Assembly (NCBI RefSeq): GCF_006345805.1
Contig: NC_042999.1
Span: forward strand, 80,290,001-80,354,000
Reading direction: 5' to 3'
DNA from: Octopus sinensis
Lineage: Eukaryota
DNA length: 64,000 bases
This document shows, piece after piece, positions 43,741 to 56,501 of this stretch. Position numbers and translations under genes: made by a program. The number at the start of each line of letters is the position of its first letter. The stretch's first letter is position 1. Below the pieces are notes generated by a model. The model was given only the letters and a program-made list of their open reading frames with translations, ran no database searches and was not told the DNA's origin.

Positions 43741-44034
43741 TCACATAAATAAAACTTGTATCGTGTTTGTAAATAAAGTTTTAGAAATATTATTTCTTCT
43801 GAGAGATTGTATAGGAATATATGCTTGTGGTTCGTACTTGGCGCAGCACTTCAGGCACTGGCCAATGGTTAAAATAATTTCTTTGTAATCATAAAGTTTC
43901 AGGCTCGGTTCAACCGCTCTGCTTCGTGGACAATTATCTATTGTACGCTCAGAACTACCTATGACTTGGAAATGAAATAAGACAGCCTTTCGGATGATCA
44001 GTTCTTCTAAATTAAAGCGGTAGTTCTCTAACAC
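43741..44034 (-). mobile_element. Possible degraded mariner transposase N-terminal fragment
   Basis: TIDNCPRSRAVE and LTIGQCLKCCAKYEP loosely match SLEDEPRSGRP and IGKVSK..WVP. The match is weak. Confidence 0.3.
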
Positions 44035-44556
44035 GCTGTATCATAGTGGTTCTGTCTGAAAATTCGTGTTCAAGTGTCTGAGATGTACTCAACAACTTAA
44101 ATTATAACTGAACGTGATGACAGTTCAGTTGATTTACGAACTAGAATACTGTCTATCGAAACCAATATAGGACCCAGTGACTTATATCACATGTATCCTA
44201 TAAACTTATTTATTTTAAATTTGGTTTAATATCAGTATTAAATTTTATTGGACTGAAGTTCTAACAATGTATTATTTTCAGGTCAGAGAATTGGTGGACT
44301 TTTAAAGCGTCGGACAAAGTGCCTTGTCTTAATTACTTTGACTATTTACGTACTGAGTTCAAATCCAGCTGAGATCCACTTTGTTTTTCCTCTCTCTGGA
44401 ATCGATAGAATAGTGTGCCAGTGAAGTAACAGGGCCCATAAATTTACAAAAAACATCCTCATAAACGTTTGGTTTCATGTCTGTCTCAGAAAGACATTTG
44501 CTCCAATGAAGTTTCACGGCTGTAACGGTTTGACACAGGTCACACACACACACACA

Positions 44557-44623
<67 letters not shown>

Positions 44624-45230
44624 GCACACACATCTAATTGCTGATCCATAATCTTGTATTTCTTGAATACGAGATCATCCTTAAGTCATCCAATCTGCAA
44701 GAAATGTCACATACATTCTCGCTAAGGGAAATCTATTCCGTAAACCAAAGACATTTCACATTTGGATAACGCAAAAATGTCAGAAATAGTTCTACACAGC
44801 TATATTTCAATCATCGTTGTTTAGTGTGCCTCTACTTAATTTATTCCCATGTGACAGAGCTTTACACGCACCAGAAATATTACTATTTATTTTGTACACA
44901 AAATAACTCTTAGTGGGCTCAGTACAATGGATTTTCGCTTTCTTCCTGATGAAGCATAATGATGCAGAAACACGTGTCTTACTGTCTCATGGCGTCATTC
45001 ATATCCCAGTGGTGTAATTTTACATATAGTGTCTATGAGGATAATTCAATTTCTGAGGTTGAATCCTCAGCGAAGGTTTTTCCACACTTGAGTATATCTT
45101 GAGAAGTTAAGTATAGCAGCCTATATCAGTCAGTCTGTACATTTCTCCATTTATTCATTCATCCCCCCCGTCCCTCCCTGCTCCCATGTTCACTCCTTTC
45201 CTGCCTCATTTCCTCCTCCCTTAGCTACTG

Positions 45231-45264
<34 letters not shown>

Positions 45265-45267
<3 letters not shown>

Positions 45268-45430
45268 TTTTTTGTTCTTTTCTTCCCTTTTACGATCCCT
45301 CTTGATCGAAAACCTACGCCCCTCTTTTTTGTGTTTCTTTTGTTTTTTGTTTTTTTCATCCCCCAAAAGAAAAGGTCTACCCTGTAACTTGTCCCATCTG
45401 TGTGCAGCCCTGTGTGGCCAATAAAGAAAC
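45265..45430 (+). mobile_element. L1/Tx1 retrotransposon copy 1 (3'-UTR-only stub)
   Basis: Diverged match to the last about 165 bp of copies 2-4, ending CTGTGTGGCCAATAAAGAAAC. It lies between (TATC)n blocks 45231-45264 and 45432-45450. Confidence 0.8.
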
Positions 45431-45450
45431 TTATCTATCTATCTATCTAT

Positions 45451-47400
45451 ATCATAGACAGGGTAGTTAACGAACCTGGCATGGGTGGGGCCCTGATCAA
45501 CTTGGATCAATCAAAAGCCTTTGATAGGGTAGACCATCGATACTTGGAGGCAGTCCTGAGAGCGGCTGGTTTCGGTCCCGTCTTCCGCGGCTGGATAGCT
45601 GCCTTGTACAGAGGCATCCGTTCGGTAATTCGCGTAAATGGACATCTATCGAGACCTTTCGACATTGCACGTTCGGTCCGTCAGGGATGCCCCCTCTCGG
45701 CGCTTCTATACGTATTGACTCTTGAGCCACTACTGCGGAAGCTGGCGACTCTAAGGGGCATCCCGCGAGAATTGGGATGCGGGACGAGCGTGTCTGCATA
45801 CGCGGACGACGTCACCGTCATAGTGTCTAGCCACGAGCACATCGAGCTGGTCGGCGAGACACTGAAAAACTACGAAGCGGTGACAGGAGCGAAAATCAAC
45901 CGGGAAAAGTCAGTGGGCTTGCGACTAGGCACCTGGAGAAGCAAGCCCATGCCGTCCACCAGCGCCTCCGTCGTGGGACGCTGGACCTACGGCCCGGTTG
46001 AGTTGCTCGGGGTCTGGTTTGGTCCGGACCTCCAAGTGGAGAAGAACTGGAACGAGATAACGAGTAGGGTGGTCACTCTCGCCCGGCAATGGGCCGAGAG
46101 GAAACTGTCCCTAAAAGGTCGAGCGGAGGTGGCGAACACGTACATCGCGTCCGTCATCTACTACCGCCTGACCGTCGTACCTTGTCCCGACCCTACCATC
46201 ACCAAACTACAACGCATCCTCTTTCGCTTCTTGTGGAAAGGATGCGTCCCGATGGTCAGGCGATCCATTTGCTGTCAACACCCGTTAAAAGAGGGCTGGG
46301 CATGCCGTGGTTGATGATGCGCAGACACGCGCTGAGACTGCGACATCTCTGGCTCTATGTAGACGACGGTGAACAGGTGTGGTCGCCGTTTGTGAGGCAC
46401 GCTTTCCCGCAGCTCGTCTCCATGACCGAACTGCAGTCGTGGATCAAAAAGAGGCCGAGGAAGGGCGAATGGCACCGCGAGTGTCGCGTTGCTCTCAAGC
46501 AACTCTGCCGACGAGCTCGGGGCGAACCTGGACGTCGACGAGGAGTACCTGACCCGCCTGTTCGGGACGACTTTCGGGCCAGGGCCCATGGACAACTTCC
46601 AGAGATCCCTGGCCTGGCAGTGCTACCGAGAAGCGCTACCCGTTCGGGATAAGCTCTACAGACACGGCTCGAGAAACACGGGGCCGACCTGCCCGAGATG
46701 CGGTCAGAGCGACGAAACCGTTCTGCACGCACTCGTTCAGTGTCCAACAATTTCCGAACTGTGGGCTTATGTCGAACAACTGCTGTCACGTGTGGGACGA
46801 GTCGGTTTATCAGCTGAGTCTATCGTCAATATTGTCACGCCTCCTTCCTTCAAACGGGAAGGAAGAGCTATTTTCATCATCCTTGTGGCTATGGCGAAGG
46901 AATGTATCTGGTGGACGCGTCTGAAAGGATTGGAGACAAACACTTTCCTCTCTGGTCAATCTCTCATCAACTTCTTCAAGTACCACTTGAAAAGGAAAGT
47001 GAGAGTAGAGAGGCAAGTTTTGTCTAGCGAATGTTTTAAAAAAAGATGGGTGAATGTAGCAAGAATGGCACGTATGAATGACGAAGCCACCTTGAGCATA
47101 GTCCTATGAACCCAGAAATCGAAAACAGAGAGTTGCTTATTTGCAAAAAAAAAAAAAAAAAAAGAAATAAAAATGTGACTTCATTGACCGAGGTTACCGT
47201 GGTCTTTTCCGCAGGCTTTTCTTTCCACGGGTAAACACCTGTCCTCCCCTTTACACTTCATATTGACATTTCTGTGATAACGATCCCTATTGATCCTTTT
47301 TTTCCTCTCCCCCCTTTTTTTTTTTTTTTTTTTTTTTAACCCCCCTTATTTTTGTCCTCTTTCTCTCCTTTTACGATCCATTTGATCGAACCTCCCCCTT

Positions 47401-47435
<35 letters not shown>

Positions 47436-47507
47436 CCTTCAAAAGAAAAGCTCTACCTTGTAATTTGTTCTATCTGTGTGCAGTCCTGTGTGGCTAATAA
47501 AGAAACA
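45451..47507 (+). mobile_element. L1/Tx1 retrotransposon copy 2 (5'-truncated ORF2: RT plus CCHC knuckle, 3' UTR)
   Basis: RT motifs INLDQSKAFDRVDH, SVRQGCPLS and SAYADDVT, plus CPRCGQSDETVLHALVQC. The stop is at 47107-47109 and AATAAA at 47496-47501. There is a frameshift near 46290 and a 74-bp deletion at about 46510. Confidence 0.95.
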
Positions 47508-47560
<53 letters not shown>

Positions 47561-47566
47561 GTCTAC

Positions 47567-47640
<74 letters not shown>
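47508..47640 (+). repeat. (TATC)n spacer between Tx1 copies 2 and 3
   Basis: About 33 nearly perfect TATC units. Confidence 0.95.
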
Positions 47641-48662
47641 GAGTGACTTCAACACAACCAAAGCATTCTATAGGGGATTAGTGGAGGGGAGTTACGACGA
47701 CGAGCTCGGGGCAAACCTGGGCGTCGACGAGGAATACCTGACCCGCCTGTTTCAAACGACTTTCGGCCCGGGACCTATGGACAACTTCCAGAGATCCCTG
47801 GCCTGGCGGTGCTACCGAGAAGCGCTACCCGTTCGGGATAAGCTCTATAGGCATGGCTCGAGAAACACGGGGCCGACCTGCCCGAGATGCGGGCAGAGCG
47901 ACGAAACGCTCTGCACGCAATCGTGCAGTGTCCAGCAATTTCCCACCTGTGGGCTTATGTCGAACGACTGCTGTCACGTGTGGGACGTGTCGGTTTATCA
48001 GCCGAGTCTATCGTTAATATCGTCACGCCTCCTTCCTTCAAACGGGAAGGAAGAGCTATTTTTATCATACTTGTGGCTATGGCGACGAAGAATGTATCTG
48101 GTGGACGCGTCTGAAAGGATTAGAGAGACAAACACTTTCCTCTCTGGTCAATCTCTCATCAACTTCTTCAAGTATCACTTGAAGAAAAAAGTGAGAGAGT
48201 AGAGAGGCAAGTTTTGTCTAGTGAATGTTTTAAAAAAAGATGGGTGAATGTAGCAAGGATGGCACGTATGAATGACGAAGCCACCTTGACTATGATTCCA
48301 TGAACCGTAAAAATTAATACAGAGAGTTGCTTATTTGCAAAAAAAAAAAAAAAAAAAGAAGTATAACATGTGACTTCATTGACCGAGGTTACCGTGGTCT
48401 TTTCCGTAGGCTTTTCTTTCCACGGGTAAACCTCACCTGTCCTCCCCTTTACACTTCATATTGACATTTCTGTGATAACGATCCCTATTGATCAATTTTT
48501 TCCTCTCCCCCTTTTTTTTACGCCCCCCCTTTGTTTGTCCTCTTTCTCTCCTTTTACGATCCCTTTTGATCGACCCCCCCTTTTTTTTTACCTCCAAAAG
48601 AAGAGCTCTACCTTGTAATTTGCTCTATCTGTGTGCAGCCCTGTGTGGCTAATAAAGAAACA
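47641..48662 (+). mobile_element. L1/Tx1 retrotransposon copy 3 (5'-truncated, more diverged)
   Basis: Homologous to the 3' about 1 kb of copies 2 and 4 with more substitutions and indels. Homologous stop at 48301-48303, AATAAA at 48651-48656. Confidence 0.93.
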
Positions 48663-48664
48663 TG

Positions 48665-48739
<75 letters not shown>

Positions 48740-49652
48740 CGCGAGTGTCGCGTTGCTCTCAAGCAACTCTGCCGTCCTGGGTCGACCTTAAGTGACTTCA
48801 ACACAACGAAAGCATTCTATAGGGGTTTAGTGGAGGGGAGGTACGACGACGAGCTCGGGGCGAACCTGGACGTCGACGAGGAGTACCTGACCCGCCTGTT
48901 CGGGACGACTTTCGGGCCAGGGCCCATGGACAACTTCCAGAGATCCCTGGCCTGGCAGTGCTACCGAGAAGCGCTACCGTTCGGGATAAGCTCTACAGAC
49001 ACGGCTCGAGAAACACGGGGCCGACCTGCCCGAGATGCGGTCAGAGCGACGAAACCGTTCTGCACGCACTCGTTCAGTGTCCAACAATTTCCGACCTGTG
49101 GGCTTATGTCGAACAACTGCTGTCACGTGTGGGACGAGTCGGTTTATCAGCTGAGTCTATCGTCAATATTGTCACGCCTCCTTCCTTCAAACGGGAAGGA
49201 AGAGCTATTTTCATCATCCTTGTGGCTATGGCGAAAGAATGTATCTGGTGGACGCGTCTGAAAGGATTGGAGACAAACACTTTCCTCTCTGGTCAATCTC
49301 TCATCAACTTCTTCAAGTACCACTTGAAAAGGAAAGTGAGAGTAGAGAGGCAAGTTTTGTCTAGCGAATGTTTTAAAAAAAGATGGGTGAATGTAGCAAG
49401 AATGGCACGTATGAATGACGAAGCCCCTTGAGCATAGTCCTATGAACCCAGAAATCGAAAACAGAGAGTTGCTTATTTGCAAAAAAAAAAAAAAAAAAAA
49501 AAGAAATATAAAATGTAACTTCATTGACCGAGGTTACCGTGGTCTTTTCCGCAGGCTTTTCTTTCCACGGGTAAACCTCACCTGTCCTCCCCTTTACACT
49601 TCATATGACATTTCTGTGATAACGATCCCTATTGATCATTTTTTTTTCCTCT

Positions 49653-49690
<38 letters not shown>

Positions 49691-49748
49691 CCCCTTATTT
49701 TTGTCCTCTTTCTATCCTTTACGATCCCTTTTGATCGAACCTCCCCCT

Positions 49749-49782
<34 letters not shown>

Positions 49783-49854
49783 CCTTCAAAAGAAAAGCTC
49801 TACCTTGTAATTTGTTCTATCTGTGTGCAGCCCTGTGTGGCTAATAAAGAAACA
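48740..49854 (+). mobile_element. L1/Tx1 retrotransposon copy 4 (5'-truncated)
   Basis: Nearly identical to copy 2 over the shared region and retains the 74 bp missing in copy 2. AATAAA at 49843-49848, followed by a (TATC/TGTC/TACC)n array to about 50160. Confidence 0.95.
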
Positions 49855-49872
49855 TATCTATCTATCTATCTA

Positions 49873-49963
<91 letters not shown>

Positions 49964-49964
49964 G

Positions 49965-49996
<32 letters not shown>

Positions 49997-50013
49997 CCTA
50001 CCTACCTACCTAC

Positions 50014-50044
<31 letters not shown>

Positions 50045-50104
50045 CCTACCTACCTACCTACCTACCTATCTATCTATCTACCTACCTACCTACCTACCTA
50101 TCTC

Positions 50105-50145
<41 letters not shown>

Positions 50146-50719
50146 TTATCTACCTATCTATATATCGTGTATGTATGTATCTATTTATATGTGTATATGT
50201 GTATGCCTGTATGTATATATGACATATTAAGTCTCGAATATAATCATAGTAGCAATGCTTTTGGTCAAAAGTCAGCTCCATCATAGGTCGTGTGGGGTTA
50301 AACAACAACTAAACACAACAACGCGTAGAAAATAATCAAGAAAACGTCAGTGGACGTAACTTCACTTAGCTAATCTTCACCATCTTGCAGCTTATGTTTC
50401 ACATGCTCTGTAGCAAAACTTGTTCTTTGTTTCTCAGGAATTGTCTTTTAAATACTATAATAAATATCTCTTTGTTTTACTTGTGTTATAAAGATAATGC
50501 TAATAAAAATATAGTAATAAATGATATAGTTAGAAAATTAATTATCAGTGTTACATCGCAAGTTAGAAATGCCGAAAATGTATAAATTTGAAATAATACA
50601 CATACGCGCACAAACACACACGCACACACACACACACATATATATATATAATACATGTGTGTATATATATTTGTGTATTTGTATATATATATATAATATA
50701 TATATACGTACACGTATGT

Positions 50720-50764
<45 letters not shown>

Positions 50765-50932
50765 TATATATTTATACATATATATTTACTCACACACACA
50801 TATGTATATATACACACATATATATACATATATGTACGCACACATATGTGTTTATACACACGCACACACACACACACACACATACACACACACACACACA
50901 TACATATACATGTGTGTATATATATGTGCATT

Positions 50933-50976
<44 letters not shown>

Positions 50977-50996
50977 ATATATACGTATACGCATGT

Positions 50997-51049
<53 letters not shown>

Positions 51050-51134
51050 TATTTATACATATATATTTACTTACACACATATGTATATATACACACACAT
51101 ATATACATATATGTACACACACATATGTGTTTAT

Positions 51135-51167
<33 letters not shown>

Positions 51168-51995
51168 CATACGAATTCAAAGACAGCAAATCATACCAAC
51201 TAATATAATCCTCATACCACGTAGAAAAGTTGGTTGCACTCTAATACTGACGATCAACACATTTAGATGATGTTGTCGCACAACTTCGTCATACATCACA
51301 AAACACTACACGATCACAAAATTGTTCTGTAAGTAATTATTTCCGAAATCGTCGCCTTTTCGTGTCAGAACTGCTTATGAGGTTTTGTGATCTCTAGAAC
51401 TGTGTCGTCTGGAGATTTACACTCCTTTTAAGATTATCCATTCGAAAGAGGTCTTAAGTTAAAAGACTCTAGCAAGCACGACTTAACTTCACACCTCAAA
51501 ACCCATGAATCAAGCAAGCTGTAACATACTGCGATAGTCAGGGGAGTTTGTTATCAATGCGACAGCAGATAATCATATACTTGTTGCTCGGCAGGCAATT
51601 CGCTAAATTGTTTTAGTTAGTTTTTCCTTTGCTTCGATCTCATTTTACTTCTGAAGCTATTTTGTTTCATCTTAACCATATAATGCACCAGAAAAGTTGA
51701 TCAAAGTCACAATATCCCGTATCCCTAGACGCCAACAAAAAGCATTGGTCTCACATTGTTAAGAATGAATATGAATTATTTTGTTAATAACACAAACTAG
51801 ACAAAATGTTCACTGCATAATCAACTGTGTATAGTATACAATGGACATAATTTATACACTTTTAATCCATTGATATTTTATGGACGCTAATCTTCATCTC
51901 TTGCAAAGCACTAGTGTCTTAAATTATACATCTATCTTTCTCAGTCTGTGGTGTGTCTGTCCGTTCGTCTATTTTGGCTATCAATCACTTTCTTT

Positions 51996-52071
<76 letters not shown>

Positions 52072-52291
52072 ATATAATATAATAATAATAATAATATGCA
52101 AACAAAAGAATGAATGAGACATCGACCGCGTGTGTATCGTTGGCTATTTTCTTTCTCCGTCTTCCCTTCCTTGGAATTTTCCTTTTTTCTATATTTCTGT
52201 CGAAATATTTCCTTTCCTGGGCGTCCAATAACACTATACTTGTTCCACGTCCTCGCGTTGTTGTGTTTTCTCTTTGTTCATGTTTGGATTA

Positions 52292-52500
52292 ACTATTTTC
52301 TGGGCCATGCTTAAAAAAGCTGCATATTGCCTCACCATATATATGGCGGGGTACATGTACACACTCACACACGCACACATATATGTAAGTTTATATAGAT
52401 ATATACAGTATGTATGTATATAAATATATATATATATTATATATATATATATATATTATATTTTATTATATATATATACGTATATATATATATATATATG

Positions 52501-52543
<43 letters not shown>

Positions 52544-52756
52544 TATATATATATATATACATAAATATATATATTAACGTATAATATATATATATATATA
52601 ATATATATATATATATAATATATATATACATACATACTGTATATATCTATATAAACTTACATATGTGCGTGTGTGGTTGTGTGAGGTGTACATGTACCCC
52701 GCCATATATATGGTGAGGCAATATGCAGCTTTTTTAAGCATGGCCCAGAAAATAGT
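52292..52756. repeat. Inverted duplication (about 130-bp arms around a (TA)-rich centre)
   Basis: 52292-52422 is the reverse complement of about 52625-52756 (ACTATTTTCTGGGCCATGCTTAAAAAAGCTGCATATTGCCTCACC...) with a few indels. Confidence 0.85.
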
Positions 52757-54950
52757 GCAGCAACTAACGTGGCTACAAAAGATACAGATTCAAAGCCAAA
52801 CAAACCGATACCCGAGACCACTATAGATGATAGATCCTGGATGGCCACCACTAAAACAGTAACACCTGCACTGTTATGGCACCATACTGAATATCGGAGG
52901 CCTATTGCGAATGGGTAAAAAAGACAAATTTCTCTACCTGCAAGACCTTGTTGCATGCAAGCAAGCAATATACATGGCACTTACAGAAACGCATCTAACA
53001 TTTAATACAGCAGAGTATGCCGTACTTCGAACAGAGAGCAGAGATAGAAGACATGGAGGATTTGCCATGTACATCTGTGAAGATGTCACACCCTCTAGTA
53101 CTGTTGTCATATTCAAGTGTCTGCGACACTTTCATAGTTCACATAAAACAAATTGATGTCGTTGTATGCACAGCATACCGTCCTCCCAAAAGCTCAAAGT
53201 ATGAAGGTAAATTTGAGGACAGCCCCAGACGCATAGAATTTGTTTTGACAAATCTAGACCAACACATCAATATACTCCTTCTGGATAACCTCACCCCCAC
53301 CCAAGTGTTAATTGGCGTGAAAGCCACATCCTCTCTGGGATGTCACTGCATGAACAAAACTAAGCAAAATCATTGCTGGAACTTTCTAGCATGCTGTCCA
53401 TGGAACAATTAATACTCCAACCAACCAGGGGAGCAATTTGGATCTCTGCTTTACAAACGGTGTGAATATTATCCATAATGTGAAGGTAATACCAACAACT
53501 CTTTCGGATCATAACATTATTGAGTTAACAATGTATGGTCGTAGGCAAACTGCTGATATCCACTCTATCAAGAGGACGCAAGTCATATCCAACCTATATT
53601 TCCACAAAGAAAACTGGAAATCAATCCACAAAGTGCTCCACAGTCAAAACTGGCCTAACAGCCTGTCTGTACAAGACAATGACCAAAAAATATGTCACTT
53701 TATGTCGAATATGCAAGCTATATGCACCAAATATGTGCCAGAAAGAAAGGCCAGCATACATATAAATAGAATCCCCAGAGACAGGAAAACCCTTATGAGA
53801 CGCAGAACAAAGGTTCCAAATCAGTTGAATAGAGAACTGAAGGATAGTAAAAAGGCTCGACCATTCAAATGTCGGTGTGATATATCTTGACTTTGATAAA
53901 GTTGATCATAGCATGATATGTCACAAGCTCCGAAACCTTGGTATAGCTGGTAAACTAGGACAGTGGCTGCGCGACTTCCTAAACGATAGGAGTCAGAGAG
54001 TTGCAGCCAATGGTGCACTCTCTAGGGAAACACAAATTTTGAGCGTAGTCCCTCGGGGAACTCTCTTAGGGCCATTACTTTTTATAGTAGCCCTCTTAGA
54101 CATGCCCACAGTTACTCAGACACCAACTGTCATTAGCTACGCCGATGATACAAAATTATCACATGCAATAAAGAATCTCAATGTTGTTGTAAACCTGCAG
54201 AACGACCTAAATGCTATATACAAGTGGGCAGAGCAAAAAATATGCAATTTAAAGCTAAAACATTTTAAACACTGCATTATAAGATCACAAATGGTTTACA
54301 ACCGGCATTTACAGGACTCGGAAGTACTGCAATCCCAGAGTCTCAGACAGTGGGAGACCGGGCATCAATATGCGTAATGATGTATCATTTCACATGCAGA
54401 TTACCAAGTTGGCAGCAAAGTGCCGACAACTGGCAGGATGCATACTAATGTCATTCAGGACAAGAGATCAAGAGGCCATGTTGACTCTATGGAAGACCTT
54501 AGTTCTCATCCGCCCAGACTACCGCTCTCAGCTGTGGTCACCACACAGTGTCAAGCTAACAACGGAGCTTGAAGCAATTCGGCGTTACTACATCAAAAAA
54601 GATTGCTACAATCCAGCAGATGAACTACAGGGAGAGGCTGAAAGAACTATGACTCTACTCCCTAGAGCACAGACGTGAGAGATATGTAATAATTTACTTG
54701 TGGAAAATACAGGAAGGGCTAGTACCTAGTTTTGGCATCGAATGTTATATGAATGTTCGTACGGATGCCATTGCATAGTGTCCAATGCATTTATTATAAG
54801 CACCAGGTAGTGTAATAGTCTGGGGTTAGAGGAGCACTCTCCGCAATGCTCTGCCAAAGCAAGTGAAAAACTTACACGATATAGATGTGGAAGTCTTCAA
54901 AAAGAAACTGGACACTCTCCTATCGACAATACCAGACGAACCGATGACTC
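52680..54950 (+). mobile_element. Degraded CR1/L2/Jockey-like LINE (AP endonuclease plus RT, internal deletion)
   Basis: Motifs MALTETHL, YRPP, LDLCFTN..IIHNVKV..TLSDHN, IYLDF-DKVDH, VPRGTLLGPLLF, SYADDTKL and QLWSPH are spread over several frames. The EN-RT linker is deleted near 53860. Confidence 0.85.
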
Positions 54951-55542
54951 GACATGAGGGACAGTTGAGGGCAGCAGTGTCAAATTACCTCATACACCAG
55001 ATGGGCCATTGACAGTTTTGATGGGATCGCAACTGTAGGGGGACATGAACCACGGAAGGATTCCGCAGAGAGTACAAATATAGAGAAATAAATCATGGTG
55101 GTGTTCCAGCATGACCACACCCACCTGGCTGAAGCACATAAGAAAATAAAGAATATATATATATACATATTTGTATACACACACACACACGCACATATAT
55201 ATATATAGGGAGAATTCATACAAAACAAAAGACGAAGACAGATGGTGTAGACCCCCCCCCCAAAAAAAAAACAGATGTATTAGTTAAACGCTGGAGAAGT
55301 GAAAAAGTCTTTAACGTTTCGAACCCACACTCTTCCACAGAAAGGAACACAAAGAAACAGGAACAGAAAATAAAGAATGTGTAGTGGCTAGCGATCTATC
55401 ATGGCGAACGCCGGACAGAAGAAAACATCTGGTACTTATGTATGTATGTATGTATGTATGTATGTATGTATGTATGTATGTATGTATGTATATATCTATG
55501 TTTGTATGTATGTGAGTGTGTGAGTGTGTGTGTGTGTGTGTG

Positions 55543-55581
<39 letters not shown>

Positions 55582-56501
55582 GTGTGTGTGTTACGCCGAC
55601 TGACTTATTTAATACACAGCTCTTTAACAAACTGAATTAGAAATAAATTTTAGATAACAACGAAATAGTTGTATCCACTCACTATTTCATTCTGAAGTGT
55701 GGTGGTGTAAGATATTTTCCCCTTGGTTTTCCTATTTGGATCAGCACTGAAGACATAACCTCAGTCTACCTAATACATAAATAATACAGAAATAGCCAGT
55801 AAGGAAATATACGTAAATAGGTCTTTTTGGTTGCAGAAAAATACATTTATTTAGAAATTAAATTAACCAATGACACTATCTTTGTTAGCTTCTGGAAGTA
55901 CTATTGAAGTATATATGCCAAAATATATATAACAGTTAGCCTGAAACTATAAGATATAATTTTTTTGGAAATTAAATAATTCATTGAACAAATAAATACT
56001 CTTAATATAATCTCAGATTTCGTTTTTTCTAAAGAAGTTTTAACCAGCTATCATATATTAGTTATGTTGTTACTTATTTTCTGGACACTTTCATTTAATA
56101 GATGCGATATAAAGACGAAAGAATAAAAAAATATGTAGCATAAACAATATAACGATTTCTTTAGAATACTGAGTTGGCAGAAACATTAGATCACTGAAAT
56201 AAATTATCTATAGTATTTAGTTTCACTCCTTATACTGAATAAATTTTCTTTTGATCTTTTTACGCTGGATGAAATAAGTACCAGTCATAAACTGTTATTG
56301 ATCGTTTCAATGATATGCAATCTTCGTTTGTCCAAAGTAATCCATATACTCAGGCGTTGATTACACAGATCTTTTACATAGACTGAATAAAAACTTGGTA
56401 ACAGTCATCGATTTCATAAACTACAGAGAAGTGTGATTTAAGAAATGGCTTAAGATCAAATGGAACTCATACGCACGGCTACTACAGGGGGTTTGCGTAT
56501 A

